Source: Octopus sinensis
Taxonomy: Eukaryota
Assembly: GCF_006345805.1 (NCBI RefSeq)
Contig: NC_043015.1
Location: forward strand, 38,998,001 to 39,062,000
Reading direction: 5' to 3'
Length of the DNA: 64,000 bases
This document shows, piece after piece, positions 24,311 through 37,258 of the stretch (position 1 is the stretch's first letter; each line of letters opens with the position of its first letter). Both the position numbers and the translations under genes were made by a program. The notes beneath the pieces were generated by a model. That model did not search any database and had not been told where the DNA came from. It was given only the letters and a program-made list of their open reading frames with translations.

Positions 24311-25139
24311 CTGAAAATAAAATCGAAAAAAAAAATATCTTAAGCTTTTGTGGTTTTAATTTAAGGAAATATTCCTTAAAATGGTTAGTGAAAATAACAG
24401 ATAAATGAATGGAAGTGAAGGGGTTAGTAATGGTTTCTTATGGAGGTCCCCGGGTCACGAGGAGAAGGAGGACAGTGAAATCAATGAGTTCAGTACTTGA
24501 CCCAGGAAGGATGAAAGGAATGGCTGGAATTGAACTCAGAAACTAAGGAACAGTAAGTAGCACAACATATTTTGTATGATGCTCTACTGATCCTGCTAAT
24601 AATTGTTTCTAATTAAAGCTAGTGATTTTGAGAGGGGGGGGGGGTAGCTGATCCCCATTAACTCCAGTATTTGACTGGTACTTGATTTTATTGACCTTGG
24701 AATGATGGAAGGGAAAGTTAACCACAGCAGAATTTGAACTTTTGGAAGAAATACCACAAGGAATTATTTTACCTGATTTGCTAATGACTCTGTCAATGCT
24801 TCAATGACGATGGCAGAGGTGATTTGGATGAACAGGACATATTGGGAATAGCTAGGCTTGGTCTTAGAGAGCTGGGATGAGATTTTGTATACCTATTCAA
24901 CCCACAGCTACTTAAAATGCAGATGTAAAGATGACAGGAACAGAAACAGTAATGGCCAAACGCCAACAGTTTTCCATGGACACAGCATCATGTAATGATA
25001 AATGCTAGCAGACATCAACGGTAAATGAAGCTAGGTGAGGGACTTGGAGAGGACAACAGCTAATATTGAGGGAGTGAGATGAATAATGATGCCACGAGAT
25101 TATCAGAAACTAGAGAATGCAAATTCCATTCAATCTTAC

Positions 25140-25239
25140 CTCTCTTAGGTTCCAGAACAAGGCCACCAGCGTAGGCAGGTTTTTTACGAGAGGAAGATTT
25201 CTTATCTATGGCAACCTCTTCTTCTTCTTCAAATTCAGG
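25140..25239 (-). CDS. POLA1: POLA1 exon 24 (PEFEEEEEVAIDKKSSSRKKPAYAGGLVLEPKR)
   Basis: AYAGGLVL.PK B-family motif. Confidence 0.97.
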
Positions 25240-25877
25240 CTTTAAGTCAAAAATAAATTTTAAAATTACTGATGATGATGATGATGACAACACTGTCAGC
25301 AACATTTGGAGAAAATATGGAATAGCAAAATATGGAATAGCAAAATATAATTCTGATATATGATCTTTATTTGCAGTGCCACATCATTTTCATTCACTTA
25401 AAAAACTCTTCATGCACCTTGTTAAAAGTCCAACCCAAAATGCCTGGAGCAGACCTGGTCAACTCATTCTAGAGAGGTTAAAAAAGAAGTTAAAATGCAG
25501 ATGATGGGACAATATAATATTACACAACATATTTCAGAGATAAATATTTTTTACCTCAAATCATTTCATCATGTTAACAAACTTTATTATTTGCAGATGA
25601 AGATTTAAGGACCAATCAATTTTCCCCATAACTTTACTTCTAACCTCTAACTGATTAATCAATAACACAATATTATATTAATACCAGTGGGTCTCAACTG
25701 GGGTTCACATGTTCCCAGGGGATCCCTATAAGACCATGTTTGTAGCAGTGGCCCTACCCTTAAGAATTGCCTGTATCAGCTGATTATTAAGAAGTTTTGT
25801 CATCTCATTCTCTACAACGTGGTTGATGAGAGGCCAAATCACTTCAGTTTCTATAGAAACCATATCATAATACATAC

Positions 25878-25991
25878 CGCAGAGAATTTCTTCTTAAACT
25901 GTTTATCTGGAACAAGGAAATCTTTCTCAGTAAAAGCATGTAACAGAAGATATTCATTTCTCTCGGAACGGCCACCCAGAAGAGTGCGGGA
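25878..25991 (-). CDS. POLA1: POLA1 exon 23 ([38 protein letters not shown])
   Basis: [14 protein letters not shown]...VPDKQ conserved. Confidence 0.97.
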
Positions 25992-26189
25992 CTGTAAAAG
26001 AAAAGTTCTTAGTTGAGTGTGGTTCTTATATTTATAAGACAAATTCTTTATAAAAAGTGGAAATCAAATGAGAAATAATTACAGATGGTTATAGATGAAG
26101 GTCAAATGAGAAATGATAATCATTTGAAAAATTTATTTGAATATTGAACACTGAAGTGATTTTTTGGAGTAGAAAGACGAAGAGCTCAC

Positions 26190-26319
26190 CAGGACATTTC
26201 CACAAATATTTGTTATCTGCAACGCCAGAGGAAGCATGTTCAATTCATACATGATACGCAGGATATAAGAAGCATCCATCAAAGTAAATTCAATAAGCTT
26301 TACCAGGTGATCAAAGGTG
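26190..26319 (-). CDS. POLA1: POLA1 exon 22 ([44 protein letters not shown])
   Basis: [15 protein letters not shown] conserved. Confidence 0.97.
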
Positions 26320-26439
26320 CTGTAAAATAATTAGAAATGACAGTTAATTAGAAGAGTGACAATCAGAGAGTAAACGAACTTTAGGAAAACACTATTTCTT
26401 TAAACCTGAAACATTTTCATATATGTATATTCTTTTCTA

Positions 26440-26645
26440 CTCTAGGCACAAGGCCCAAAATTTTGGGGGAGGGGGCCAGTCAATTAGAGTGACCCCAATA
26501 TGCAACTGGTACTTAATTTATTGACCCTGAAAGGATGAAAGGCAAAGTTGACCTTGGCAGAATTTGAACTCAGAACGTAAAGACAGACGAAATACTGCTA
26601 AGCATTTTGCCTGGCGTGCTAATGTTTCTGCCAACTTGCCGCCTT
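26440..26645 (-). mobile_element. SINE family A copy
   Basis: Same core as the 789 copy, reverse orientation. Confidence 0.85.
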
Positions 26646-27369
26646 TTTCATATATATATATATATTGTGCGCATGTGTGTGTGTCTGTGTGTCCATGTAT
26701 AGGTACAGTGATGCAAACAGGAATAATAAAACTGAAAACGAGAAAATGCATATTTTTATTAATATTCAGCAGAAGCAACGGAGTGACTCGGGGTCCGAGA
26801 GTTTCATGTGTTAGAACTAATCAAATTCTTTTGATAAGTGTTAACACACGAAACTCTCAGACTTTGAGTCACTCCGTTGCTTCTGCTGAATATTAATGTG
26901 TGGGGGGTGGGTAGGTGGAAAGATGATTTCTGTTGCTGACCAAGGAATATTACTTCAAGACACACAAACATAGCTTTACTGCCAAGAATGGTTTTTGTTT
27001 CAGTCCATTTGTTGAATGTGGTTTTTAATTCTAAAATCTAATAAATCCAATAATCCAAAGACACCCAGGTGATGTCTCAACATTAACACCAGTTCAGCAC
27101 TGGTACCAGTGACATTTGTGTCTCGCATAGACAAAATGTCTAAAAGGTTGGTGATGTAATGTGCAAAAACAAAAAAAAAACTGAAAAGTTGGCACCAGGA
27201 AGAGCATCAAGTCATAGAAAAGAGTCTTCAAAAAGTTTTGGCCAACCCATGCCAGCATGGAAAAGAAGACAAAAAAGTGGTGATGATGAAAGCATATTTT
27301 GAAATAAAATCCAAAGTACCACCTTACAAATATATTCAAAGTTAATTGTAGATAACAACGAAATCTCAC

Positions 27370-27533
27370 CTGTACATGTCTCGAATATGGTCTTGATCCA
27401 CAGAAATGCGTTTAATTTTCAAGATTTGCAATCCAAGCTCTGTAAGATCATAACTCTTCAGCCTAACAAGTTCCCTGGAAGACACCTTAACGTCACAAAG
27501 GAGTCGGCCGCAGGATAAATAATGCTTTGCACC
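27370..27533 (-). CDS. POLA1: POLA1 exon 21 (GAKHYLSCGRLLCDVKVSSRELVRLKSYDLTEL...RDMY)
   Basis: CGR..CDV..S..EL.R.KSY.L.EL conserved. Confidence 0.96.
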
Positions 27534-27644
27534 CTACACAATAAGACATGGAGATACGAAAACATAAAAGTTTGTAAAAACATCATAATTTGATGGTTTA
27601 TAATAAATTCAATAAGAAACGTTTTTTAAAAGATTTGAAAACAC

Positions 27645-27846
27645 AGAAAGGACAAACAAGGACAGACAAAGGGATTAAGTCAATTACATCGACCCCAGTG
27701 CGTAACTGGTACTTTATTTATCGACCCCGAAAGGATGAAAGGCAAAGTCGACCTCGGCGGAATTTGAACTCAGAACGTAACGGCAGACGAAATACGGCTA
27801 CGCATTTCGTCCGGTGTGCTAACGATTCTGCCAGCTCGCCGCCTTT
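27645..27846 (-). mobile_element. SINE family A copy (young, CpG retained)
   Basis: Near-consensus full-length copy in POLA1 intron 20. Confidence 0.9.
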
Positions 27847-28083
27847 AAAAGTCTTTTATCTAAGATCATTTCTACTTGGCTTTAAATCAATGTTTGAAAG
27901 ACGATAGAAAATTATTAACAATATTAAAAATACTGTTTTGTTTTAGATAAAACCTAAATAAAATATAATTTCTTTAATTAAATTCAAATTATTTTTGGTT
28001 AATAGATGTCATAGCACTTAGATTACAAAATAATTCAGATATGGAATCTCACAGCAGATAGAAAAACAAATACAAATACTTAC

Positions 28084-28200
28084 AGAATATTTTGGCATTA
28101 TTGACCGTTTCAGGCGTCCAATCTTGGACCAATGAGGAATTTTGTTGACACTGATGCGATGTAACAAGATGTCCATATCAAAGCCAACGATGTCGTGACC
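28084..28200 (-). CDS. POLA1: POLA1 exon 20 ([39 protein letters not shown])
   Basis: [11 protein letters not shown] identical to human. Confidence 0.97.
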
Positions 28201-28744
28201 CTGAAAACAAGGAGAGATTGATTTGATTTGATCTAGTTTCAGCTGTGGTCATGCTGGGGCACGCTGAGATAATTTGAAATATTGAACACAACATTGCATG
28301 TGGTGAACAATAAATATGTTTGTGAATTAGTTTCCATTTCATTCAGCCATTTTATGGCTGCGGGGAAGAAATTGTTAGCAGAGTTCTTCTGTGGAAGCCT
28401 ACACAAAGAAGAGCTTAGCTGGGAACGACAAACCAAGACCTATATTAAGCAGATTTGTGATGACATAAACTGCAATTCCTCTGACCTGCTGAAAAATGAT
28501 GCACAATAGAATTGGATGGTGACAGAGAGTCACAGGAATCTGTGCAAGCAGTGCAACCAGATGGCGACAGAGAGTCATGGGAATGTGTGCAACCAAATGG
28601 CTATGAGGTTAAGAAGTTTGCTTTGTAACCCTAAGGTCCCAAGTTCGATCCCAGTGCATGGTATCTTGGACAAGTATCTTTACCAGAGAGTAAAAATTGG
28701 ATTGACCAAAATTGCTTAAAAACCCGCTGAATGGACTGTTCTTG

Positions 28745-30053
28745 TAATTCACCAGCATCACCTTACTGGCCCCTGTGCCAATGGCATGTAAAAGCACCTA
28801 CTACACTCTCGGAGTGGTTGGCGCTAGGAAGGGCATCCAGCTGTAGAAACTCTGCCAGATCAAGAGCCTGGTGCAGCCATCTGGTTCACCAGCCCTCAGT
28901 CAAATCGTCCAACCCATGCTAGCATGGAAAGCAGACGTTAAACGATGATGATGATGATGAGAGCTCCATTGATTCTAGGTTGGAATTACGTTAAAAGACA
29001 CACAAGTCTGTAGAATATACTCATCCACATCATACATTAATTCAATGGATTCTTCAGTTGACCAAACAACCAGACAAAGGTTGAAATTGACAGAAAAGTC
29101 CGTCATACAGAAGAGAAAGTCTTTAGTCAGATTTAAGGATAAAACTTTAGTAGCTATATTTAGTGTGCCAGCCTCGCCTGGCACCTGTGCCAGTGGTACG
29201 TAAAAGGCACCCAATACACTCACGGAGTGGTTGGCATTAGGAAGGGCATCCAGCTGTAGAAACACTGCCAGATCAGACTGGAGCCTGGTGCAGCCTACTG
29301 GCTTCCCAGACCCTGGTCAAACCGTCCAACCCATGCTAGCACGGAAAATGGACGTTAAACGATGATGATGATGATGATTTAATGGTTCATTTTCTGAAGA
29401 AAGGTCATGTCTAATAAAACACCAGACATTTCTTCAAGACTCAACAACAAACATTTAAGTTTATGGCTTATTGAATTACCTCTTGCTGACTTAGACCTCT
29501 GCTGGACTGAGGAACTTGGGCACTTCAATGGGTAACCATCTCGTTCCAGTTAAGAGTGAGGAGAAAATGTTATGGGAAAAGAAGGAAATTTACAATCAAC
29601 TTACGACAATGACATCAGGGTCTACTTTATGAATCCTTGCCAAAAGGAATCCAAGAAGAGCTCTTTCGGTTGGAACCACCTCCACTTTTAGATCCTTTCG
29701 CTGGAAATAAGGAAAATCAAGGTTTTAACATTTCAGAATAGTCTTTCTTCTTTTGTGAGAGAGAGAGAGAGAGAATGAATGCATGATTGACCCTTTAACA
29801 TTCAGATTAATCTGTCAAGTGTATTGAGCATGGCTGTTGCCAGTACCGCCCGACTGCCCCTCGTGCCAGTGGCACGTAAAAACACCCACTACACTCTTGG
29901 AGTGGTTGGCATTAGGGAGGGCATCCAGCTGTAGAAACTCTGCCAGATCAGACTGGAGCTTGGTGCAGCCATCTAGTTCACCAGCCTCAGTCAAAATCGT
30001 CCAACCCATGCTAGCATGGAAAGCGGACGTTAAACAATGATGATGATGATGAT
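28745..30053 (+). mobile_element. Three co-oriented family C copies (28745-28960, 29165-29377, 29830-30053)
   Basis: Each ends in a (GAT)n tail; a further partial copy lies at 30700-30855. Exon 19 falls between them. Confidence 0.88.
29605..29700 (-). CDS. POLA1: POLA1 exon 19 ([32 protein letters not shown])
   Basis: TER.LLGF.LA..HK.DPD.IV conserved. Confidence 0.96.
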
Positions 30054-30222
30054 GGCAGTGTATTAATCATACAATATCTCGGAGATCTGAGATTTCGATG
30101 GTGTGATTGTTTGTGCATAGATTGACATTGTAGGGTAGGTGTAAGAGCCCAAATCTGGCCAGTTTGAACATAAAACAGAATATTTGGACTGGAAATGGTT
30201 AGACTGAATGCTAAAGGGTTAA
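29787..30222. mobile_element. TTAA-family MITE interrupted by a family C retroelement
   Basis: Left end CCCTTTAACATTCAG, right end CTGAATGCTAAAGGGTTAA, with the RTE tail inserted at 29830-30053. Confidence 0.75.
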
Positions 30223-30507
30223 GCCTTTAGCATTTACTCCAGCCGCATCCGGCCAAAACCTTGTGTTTTCTGTTCAAACTGTTCAGGTCCAATCCCTCAA
30301 ACCCATTCGACAATGGCAGTCTAAAAATAAACAATCACATCATTGAAATTTCAAAGCTTTGAAATGATGCATGATTAATTTTTTTTTAAATGAATAAATG
30401 AGCATTATAATTGACAGAGAAATCTAAATTTTGAAGGAGTAAGAGAAAAAAAGAACATAAAATCTGTGCAAATTGCTCCATTTTCATTTACGGTTGTTTA
30501 AACTTAC

Positions 30508-30569
30508 TGTTTTTTGTAGTTTACCACGAAACTCAAATGGAAAGATGCAGTTGGCTGGTTGAGAGATTA
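30508..30569 (-). CDS. POLA1: POLA1 exon 18 (VISQPANCIFPFEFRGKLQKT)
   Basis: Resembles human VVSKPKDCIFPYAF. Confidence 0.94.
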
Positions 30570-31353
30570 CTGGAAGAGAAGAGGAAACTATGAAAGCAAC
30601 TTGTTATTTTAAGAGATTAAATTTGTGTTTCATTAAAGAAAATATGAACCAAATGATAATTAGGAATTGTATGAAAAAAAAAAGTTAAAATATTTTGTTT
30701 TGTAGTGGTTGGCATTAGGAAGGGCATCCAGACATAGAAACCAAGCCAAAACAGGCTGGAATCTGGTGCAGCTCTCTGGCACTTACCAGCTCCAGTCGAA
30801 CCAACCACCCATGCCAGCATGGAAAAACGGACTCTAAATGATGATGATGATGATTGTGCTTAACGAAAAGAACTGAAAATATTTTGTCGGGAAATGCAAG
30901 ACAAATTTCGAAAGGATACCATATAACTCAGCTATATCACAACTGAACTAACATATAAGTCCACTTCATGTATAACCAGGGTTTGATATGGTAGAGATGG
31001 TCATAAAGGGAGCAGGGTCATTGCTGTTGTTGATATCTAACCCCTACTTAACTCTGAGAGAGCCGGTCTGTAATCAAAGGAAATCTTGCTGCAGACATCA
31101 AACACTTTTCAGGGAATCTAAGTCAAAATTATGCAATGTGCCTCCTCATATTAAAACAGCAGGGTGTGAATTAAAGGGGTTTGGGTTGATATTTCTAGCA
31201 ATTTGAGTGACCACGAGGAGGCTTCCTTGAAAGGCTAGCCTATCTTCTAGCAACAACATGAGAGGGTACTGGTAGTAGTTTTGGTGGTACTGTCAAGGTT
31301 TTGATGAGAAGATATTTAATCTACCAATTAAAGAAAATCCAGCAATTACTTAC

Positions 31354-31441
31354 CACATTGGTGTTCGTTGAAGAATTGAGTCTTTGGGGCAGGTTTGTCA
31401 ATTCCAAATGATTTCTGAACCAAATAAGCTGCAGCAATTAT
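31354..31441 (-). CDS. POLA1: POLA1 exon 17 (IIAAAYLVQKSFGIDKPAPKTQFFNEHQC)
   Basis: IIA...LV..SF..DK.APK conserved. Confidence 0.95.
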
Positions 31442-32291
31442 CTAACAAATTAGAAATACAATTAGTCAGTCTCTTCATGTTTCTAAAACTATTTTTGGAT
31501 TTTAATTAACAAATTATTAAACAAAAATGCAACAATGTTTCCATTCTTTTAATTAATGTTAATTCCAAATGGCTGTGACCATTCAGATGACCATTATGTT
31601 GTCCTATACAGTTTGTAAATATCTCAATAAAGGTATGACCCCTACTACCATCTCTTGAATGATGGGGGTGAGTGATCTTTTATTCCTCTCCTTCTGAGGC
31701 AGTTAATTCAACAAAGTAACAAAAAATGGTTAACTCTAAACAATGAATTGTCATTCTGAGAATGTGGAACTGAATGAGAAGATGGTCGGTAATTATGGTA
31801 AAGCAGAAATTCCGTTTGTCTTTGACGATCTGGGAACCAGAGGTAACTGACTGAATATGTGAGAGACATGTTTATCAATTGCCGCTGGGGCTGCCCACTG
31901 CTCACAACCAAGGTAGTTCGAGCCAAATAGCCTCAAACCACATGGACGTATGTAGGTACCACAAAAACAGAACAGGTTGTCACTAGCAACAATTTAAAAT
32001 TGATGAATGCTTTTGTTAACTTATAGTTCTAATGAGCCTGGGTCCTCTTGTGGGTTTCATTGACCATTCTATCACAATATAATTTCATGGTAGACTTGAA
32101 AAGGGATAAGTGATTGATTAAAAAAAATGTTGCTGTTCTTCATGACTGAGTGGTCAGTGACAAGATGACCATCTACTAAAGACAGCAATTCTAGAAAGAA
32201 AGAAAAAAGATTATTTTAATGATAAAAAAACTTCTACCAAAAGTCTAAAACAGAACACATGGATGTCACCTGTTTCTTTAATGTATCTTAC

Positions 32292-32411
32292 CTCATTCTC
32301 TCGAGTCTTGGGGTTTGGTAAAGTTCTTAGATTCAAAGTCATCACCACTAAAGGTGGAATTGGAGGTTTCTCTTTGTTAATAGAAATGTCCTGCAAGTTC
32401 TTCACAAAGGC
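32292..32411 (-). CDS. POLA1: POLA1 exon 16 (AFVKNLQDISINKEKPPIPPLVVMTLNLRTLPNPKTRENE)
   Basis: PPLVVM...NE conserved. Confidence 0.95.
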
Positions 32412-33372
32412 CTGAAAAGATTAACATAAATCTAATTAGATTTTTAGATTTTCTAATTCCCTAAAGACTTGGCGCTATTTGTCTTGAAAAGGCCAGAAAT
32501 ATATTTATTTTATTATTATTATGGCCAGGTTGGAATAATAACAAAGCCCACCCACCTCACTTCTCAGCCCACCATCACTACCTCGATGTCCTGGGTATAT
32601 TCCAGGATACTGTCTGCAATCAAATTGTTAATGTAAGTGTGATGACATTTTCCTCTTCTTAAGTCCCCATGAAGTGGATTCCCCACCAAAACAATGGATT
32701 GGTACCAAAGGGAAGGTCAAATGTTAGCAGCAGGAGTAGTAGTCTGAGAGGAGCAATACATTCAGATATTCACAAATAAAACCTTGCAAACTAACTAACT
32801 CCATATTCTGGACAGGGAACCAGTCACAAAAGCTATCTTGCAAATAGCTTTTGCTTAGCTTGCAGGGTTACATTCAAAATCTTCTCATTGGCTCAGAAAA
32901 TTAACATCCGGGAACAATTCTATTGTATTCTACTTTAAATCCAAATCTTCTGCAACAAAATAATATTACATAGCTTAATATGTACATATTATATATACAT
33001 ATAAATATATATATATATAGCGTGGAAGGTGTTTATAAGCCATTTAAAAAACACACAAGACCGTTAGATTCACTCCAACATTTAAATTTAATTTGCCAAA
33101 ATATTTTCGTTGCTTTGAGACCGCAACCTGTTCACTGACAAAATTAAATTTTTATTTGAAGAATTTCATTATCCTTTTTCTCATTTTCCCAAAATCTACC
33201 AAAGTTAACCAAAAACAATTATCATTAAATTAACAAAAAGCAGAAAATCTATTAATTTCTATCTGTTATTTCTAATTAGTGATTCTAGAATTGGTACAAT
33301 AAATGGATCAAGTTGCAGAATACTGATTCCAAGAACTAAAGAGAAAAATGCTCATATCAAGAATGTGTTTAC

Positions 33373-33410
33373 CTCACATTTACACCAGCTGACAGGAGGG
33401 CTTGAAACTT
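33373..33410 (-). CDS. POLA1: POLA1 exon 15 (QVSSPPVSWCKCE)
   Basis: PVSWCK.E conserved; 38 nt, restores phase 0. Confidence 0.93.
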
Positions 33411-34170
33411 CTGAAAATACAAAGAAAAATAATCTGGTTTACCTGTGAGTTCTAAATATGAGAATTATCTTATAATTCTAAAATGATTTTATAAATTCCT
33501 CAAAAATCAAAGAATCTTCTGATGAAAAAAATAAAAGGCGTTCATCGTGTCACTGGTTTAACGTCCACTTTTCAATGCTGGCATGGGTCAGACAGAATGC
33601 CAAGGCAAATTTTCTGCAGCTAGATGCCCTCCTGTTGCCAACCCTCACCTGTGTCCAAATAAGGTAATGTTCCCCCATGACCAAACATGATTTTCATGGA
33701 AAACTGGAAATGAATGACACTACTTGCACGGCAGTGACACCTGTTTATGTGATGTCAAGGCAAGGGGAAAGTAACACACACCTGTGTGTATGATTGGCCA
33801 GGGCTAAACAACAACATTTTTAATTACTAATTAATTGACTTCTTGAGTGGCCATGCCTGAGCACTGCCTTACCCACAATGCTCAATCGCTATTTGTTGGA
33901 CTGCTAAGTTACAGAACAAAGGATGCAGCATATCAGCAGTTTTTAAACAGCTGTAAATACAAACACATATGATGTGCTTCCACACAGTTTCCACTTACAA
34001 AGGGTTAGTTGACCCAAGGTTATATTAGAGGATATTTGTCCAAAGTAGCAAACACTGGGATTGAACCTAGAACTATCTGATTACAAAGACAAAACCACAC
34101 AACTTGTAAGTAAGCAGTTCAGTTATAAACACAATCAGCTGCTTCTGTTGATGACGTGGAATTTACTTAC

Positions 34171-34235
34171 GAGGGGATTTCAAATTTAGCCAACAGGGAC
34201 CCTTCATGTGACGGTCCAGTAAGAGTATTTCAAGC
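34171..34235 (-). CDS. POLA1: POLA1 exon 14 (GLEILLLDRHMKGPCWLNLKSP)
   Basis: KGPCWL conserved. Confidence 0.96.
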
Positions 34236-35528
34236 CTGGGGAAAGAAGAAAAAGAAAAACGAAATCAATAACGGAAAATTGTAGACATTCACAAAGTTTA
34301 GCAAAATGATTGGAAAATCTTCAGTTTAGTGTTTAGATAACGTTTCCATCATCATCCAGTTTTTTTAAATCTGGGTTTTGTACCCCATTAACAGGGGTGG
34401 TTGGATCTACCTCAATGCCATAGCAACCAAGGTAGGCATGTGCAGCCCACCCTAACCTTTGGGCTGGCTGGTGCCCATTCTCCTTTGCTATCATGAGGCT
34501 TTTTTGGAGCTGGATTTTCTACAGGGATCATGCCCTTGCTTAGCCCCAACCTCAGATTCTAGACATGAGTGGTCCCAAGACCAAGGCCTCTACCACAATT
34601 TTTAAGAAATGTGGTGGAAAAACTAGCTAAGGAAGGCAAGGACGCTACTCCCTGAGACCCCTTTTGGAGCCCCCTACCTATTAGATAACATGTTTATTAG
34701 GCAAAAAAAGAAAACCAGCACACACACGCACCACAGAGTTACTAAATACACTGATATTGTTGCGATTCAATTTAGTTTCTCTAAATTATTCATCAAGATG
34801 GAATTCATTAAATGACACTAATTACCACAGCAAAATCCTAACAAAGTAGTGTGGTTTACTCAATAAGACAAAACTATTTTAAAGAGACATTGTCCAACCA
34901 TTGTTTGGAGAAATTTAGTGCATTAATATTCAATATGATTGAATAGGATTGGTAAGAGTTAAACAATAACATTTGTAATTACTAATTAATTGGCCAGGGT
35001 TAAATATTCAATATGACTGACCATGACTGGCCATGATTGACCAGGACTAAATATTCAATATGATTGACCAGGATTGTCCAGGGCTAAATATTCAATATGA
35101 TTGAATAGAATTGACCAGAGCTAAACAACATTTTAATTACTAATTAACTGACTTTTTGAGTGGCCATGCTGGAGCACTGCCTTACCCACAATGCTCAATC
35201 TCTATTTGTTGGACTGCTAAGTTACAGAACAAAGAATGCAGTATATCAGGTCAATCATATTTAGCCCTGGCCAATCCTGGTCAGTCATATTGAATAGTTA
35301 ACCCTAATAAACATGATTGAGCAGGGCTAAATATTCAATAGGAACACTGATAATGGCGATGGTGTTGATGAAGGCAATGACGGTGGTGATGTTTTGATGG
35401 AGTTGGTGATCATGATGATGGTATTGATGATGATGATGATGATGATGTCTAACAATTTGAACGAACACCACTGGTTCCTCAAAGTGCTGACTCACGACAA
35501 TATTATTTAACATAGAACTCAGACTTAC

Positions 35529-35602
35529 CCAGAAGTATTGGTTCCAAAAATATGGCTGAATGTTTCTCCTTTCAAGTCTTTATTCAACATTGGTAAATCA
35601 AA
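35529..35602 (-). CDS. POLA1: POLA1 exon 13 (FDLPMLNKDLKGETFSHIFGTNTS)
   Basis: DLKGETFSH.FGTNTS conserved. Confidence 0.96.
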
Positions 35603-35751
35603 CTGTCGATAAAAGAAGGAAGCATCAGTACACAGCACTATGGCACACCCCATCCCAAAACACCCCACTACTATAGCCTAAACATCAATGTGCACTGTAC
35701 CCACTACACCAATAAACACTACCGTACCACAACCAATACCCTGTTGCATAC

Positions 35752-36113
35752 TCTCTTTTACTTGTTTCAGTCATTTGACTGACCATGCTGGAGCACCGCC
35801 TTTAGTCGAGCAAATCGACCCAAGACTTATTCTTTCTAAGCCTAGTACTTATTCTATCGGTCTCTTTTGCCAAACCGCTAAGTTACGGGGACATAAACAC
35901 ACCAGCATCAGTTGTCGAGCAATGTTGGTGGGGACAGACAGACAAACATACATACATACATATATATATTTATATATATACATTTACTCACAAGGCTTTG
36001 GTCGGCCCGAGGCTATAGTAGAAGACACTTGTCCAAGCTGCCTCGCAGTGAGACTGAACCCGGAACCATGTGGTTGGTAAGCAAGCTACTTACCACACCA
36101 CAGCTGCTCCTGC
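35752..36113 (-). mobile_element. SINE family B, full length
   Basis: Head and tail present. Confidence 0.9.
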
Positions 36114-36229
36114 CTTCCTAGTTTTCCACCACATTTCTTAAAAACACATGTAGGAAAATATATTTTTCCATCACAAAGTTGACCATCTACATTCTATTCT
36201 ATTCTAAACACTAGGAGAAGGGGTTAGTT

Positions 36230-36380
36230 GATTATATCCACCCCAGTGTGTAACTGGTGCTTAATTTATCGACCCTGAAAGGATGAAAAGCAAAGTCGAC
36301 CACAGCTGAATTTGAACTCAGAATGTAAAAACAGACGAAATACCGTTTAGCATTTCACCCAGTGTGCTAACGTTTCTTTG
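36230..36380 (-). mobile_element. SINE family A partial copy
   Basis: Core and B box present. Confidence 0.8.
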
Positions 36381-36450
36381 ACCATCAATATTGTTATTTT
36401 AATGTCAACACTTAAATAAGTCTCAGACTGAAGTAAAATAGCATTCTTAC

Positions 36451-36525
36451 CGAATATCGGACTTCAAGATAATCAGACCTGATCGGAACATCTTCTAATT
36501 CAAAGGCATATTTGCAGCTGACTTT
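36451..36525 (-). CDS. POLA1: POLA1 exon 12 (KVSCKYAFELEDVPIRSDYLEVRYS)
   Basis: YAFE..DVP..S.YLEV.YS conserved. Confidence 0.96.
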
Positions 36526-37070
36526 CTGTAAAAAGAAATGGCTTTATAAGTAACAATTTCTTATTTTGGTACAAGATTAAACCTTAAACATTCAGATTAT
36601 TTTTTCAAATGTAAAGCTTCTTTGTTCAAGTTGTTTCTAATTAAGCAATGCATTATCTCACAGCTTTGAAACTTTGATGAAGTGATTTGTGTATTTTTTT
36701 GACTGACAGTGTTGAGATGGGAGGTCATATCTGGCTGGTTTAAAACAGGTAAAGTATTTAGGCCAAACAGGGCTGGTTCAAAGGCCAAAGGATTTTTAAT
36801 TATTAATAGGAAAGGATTAGGGGATACTCAATAGTGCTTATTGAAAAGTAGAAGTCAAAGCAGACCAAAGAGTACTAACCCCCAAATATATTACTGGTAC
36901 TTATCAATGACAAAGTTATGAAAGAAAAAAAATAATTAACAATTGAATTTGGAAATTAGAAAGAATAAAACAGTCTCATCCATTTTAGAGAAACCAGTAA
37001 AATATTAAAAGAGATTCTAGTAATTTCCTTAAATTAAAAATTATTTTGTAACTGCATTACTGCAACGAAC

Positions 37071-37187
37071 CTTTGACTTGTACGTTGTGATTTTGTATTT
37101 TTCAGCCACTTTTTCGTTGAATTCCTCATAAACTGCAGACAGTGTGATTGGTTCGGTTGTTTCCACTCCGGTTTTTTGGTTCACCCG
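37071..37187 (-). CDS. POLA1: POLA1 exon 11 (RVNQKTGVETTEPITLSAVYEEFNEKVAEKYKITTYKSK)
   Basis: VYEEFxEK...KYKI...KSK conserved. Confidence 0.96.
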
Positions 37188-37258
37188 CTGAATGCAAAAA
37201 CAAGCTTAAATGGTTACAGGAATGTGAAAAAGGGGTTTAAGAAAACTACTGAGAGAAA

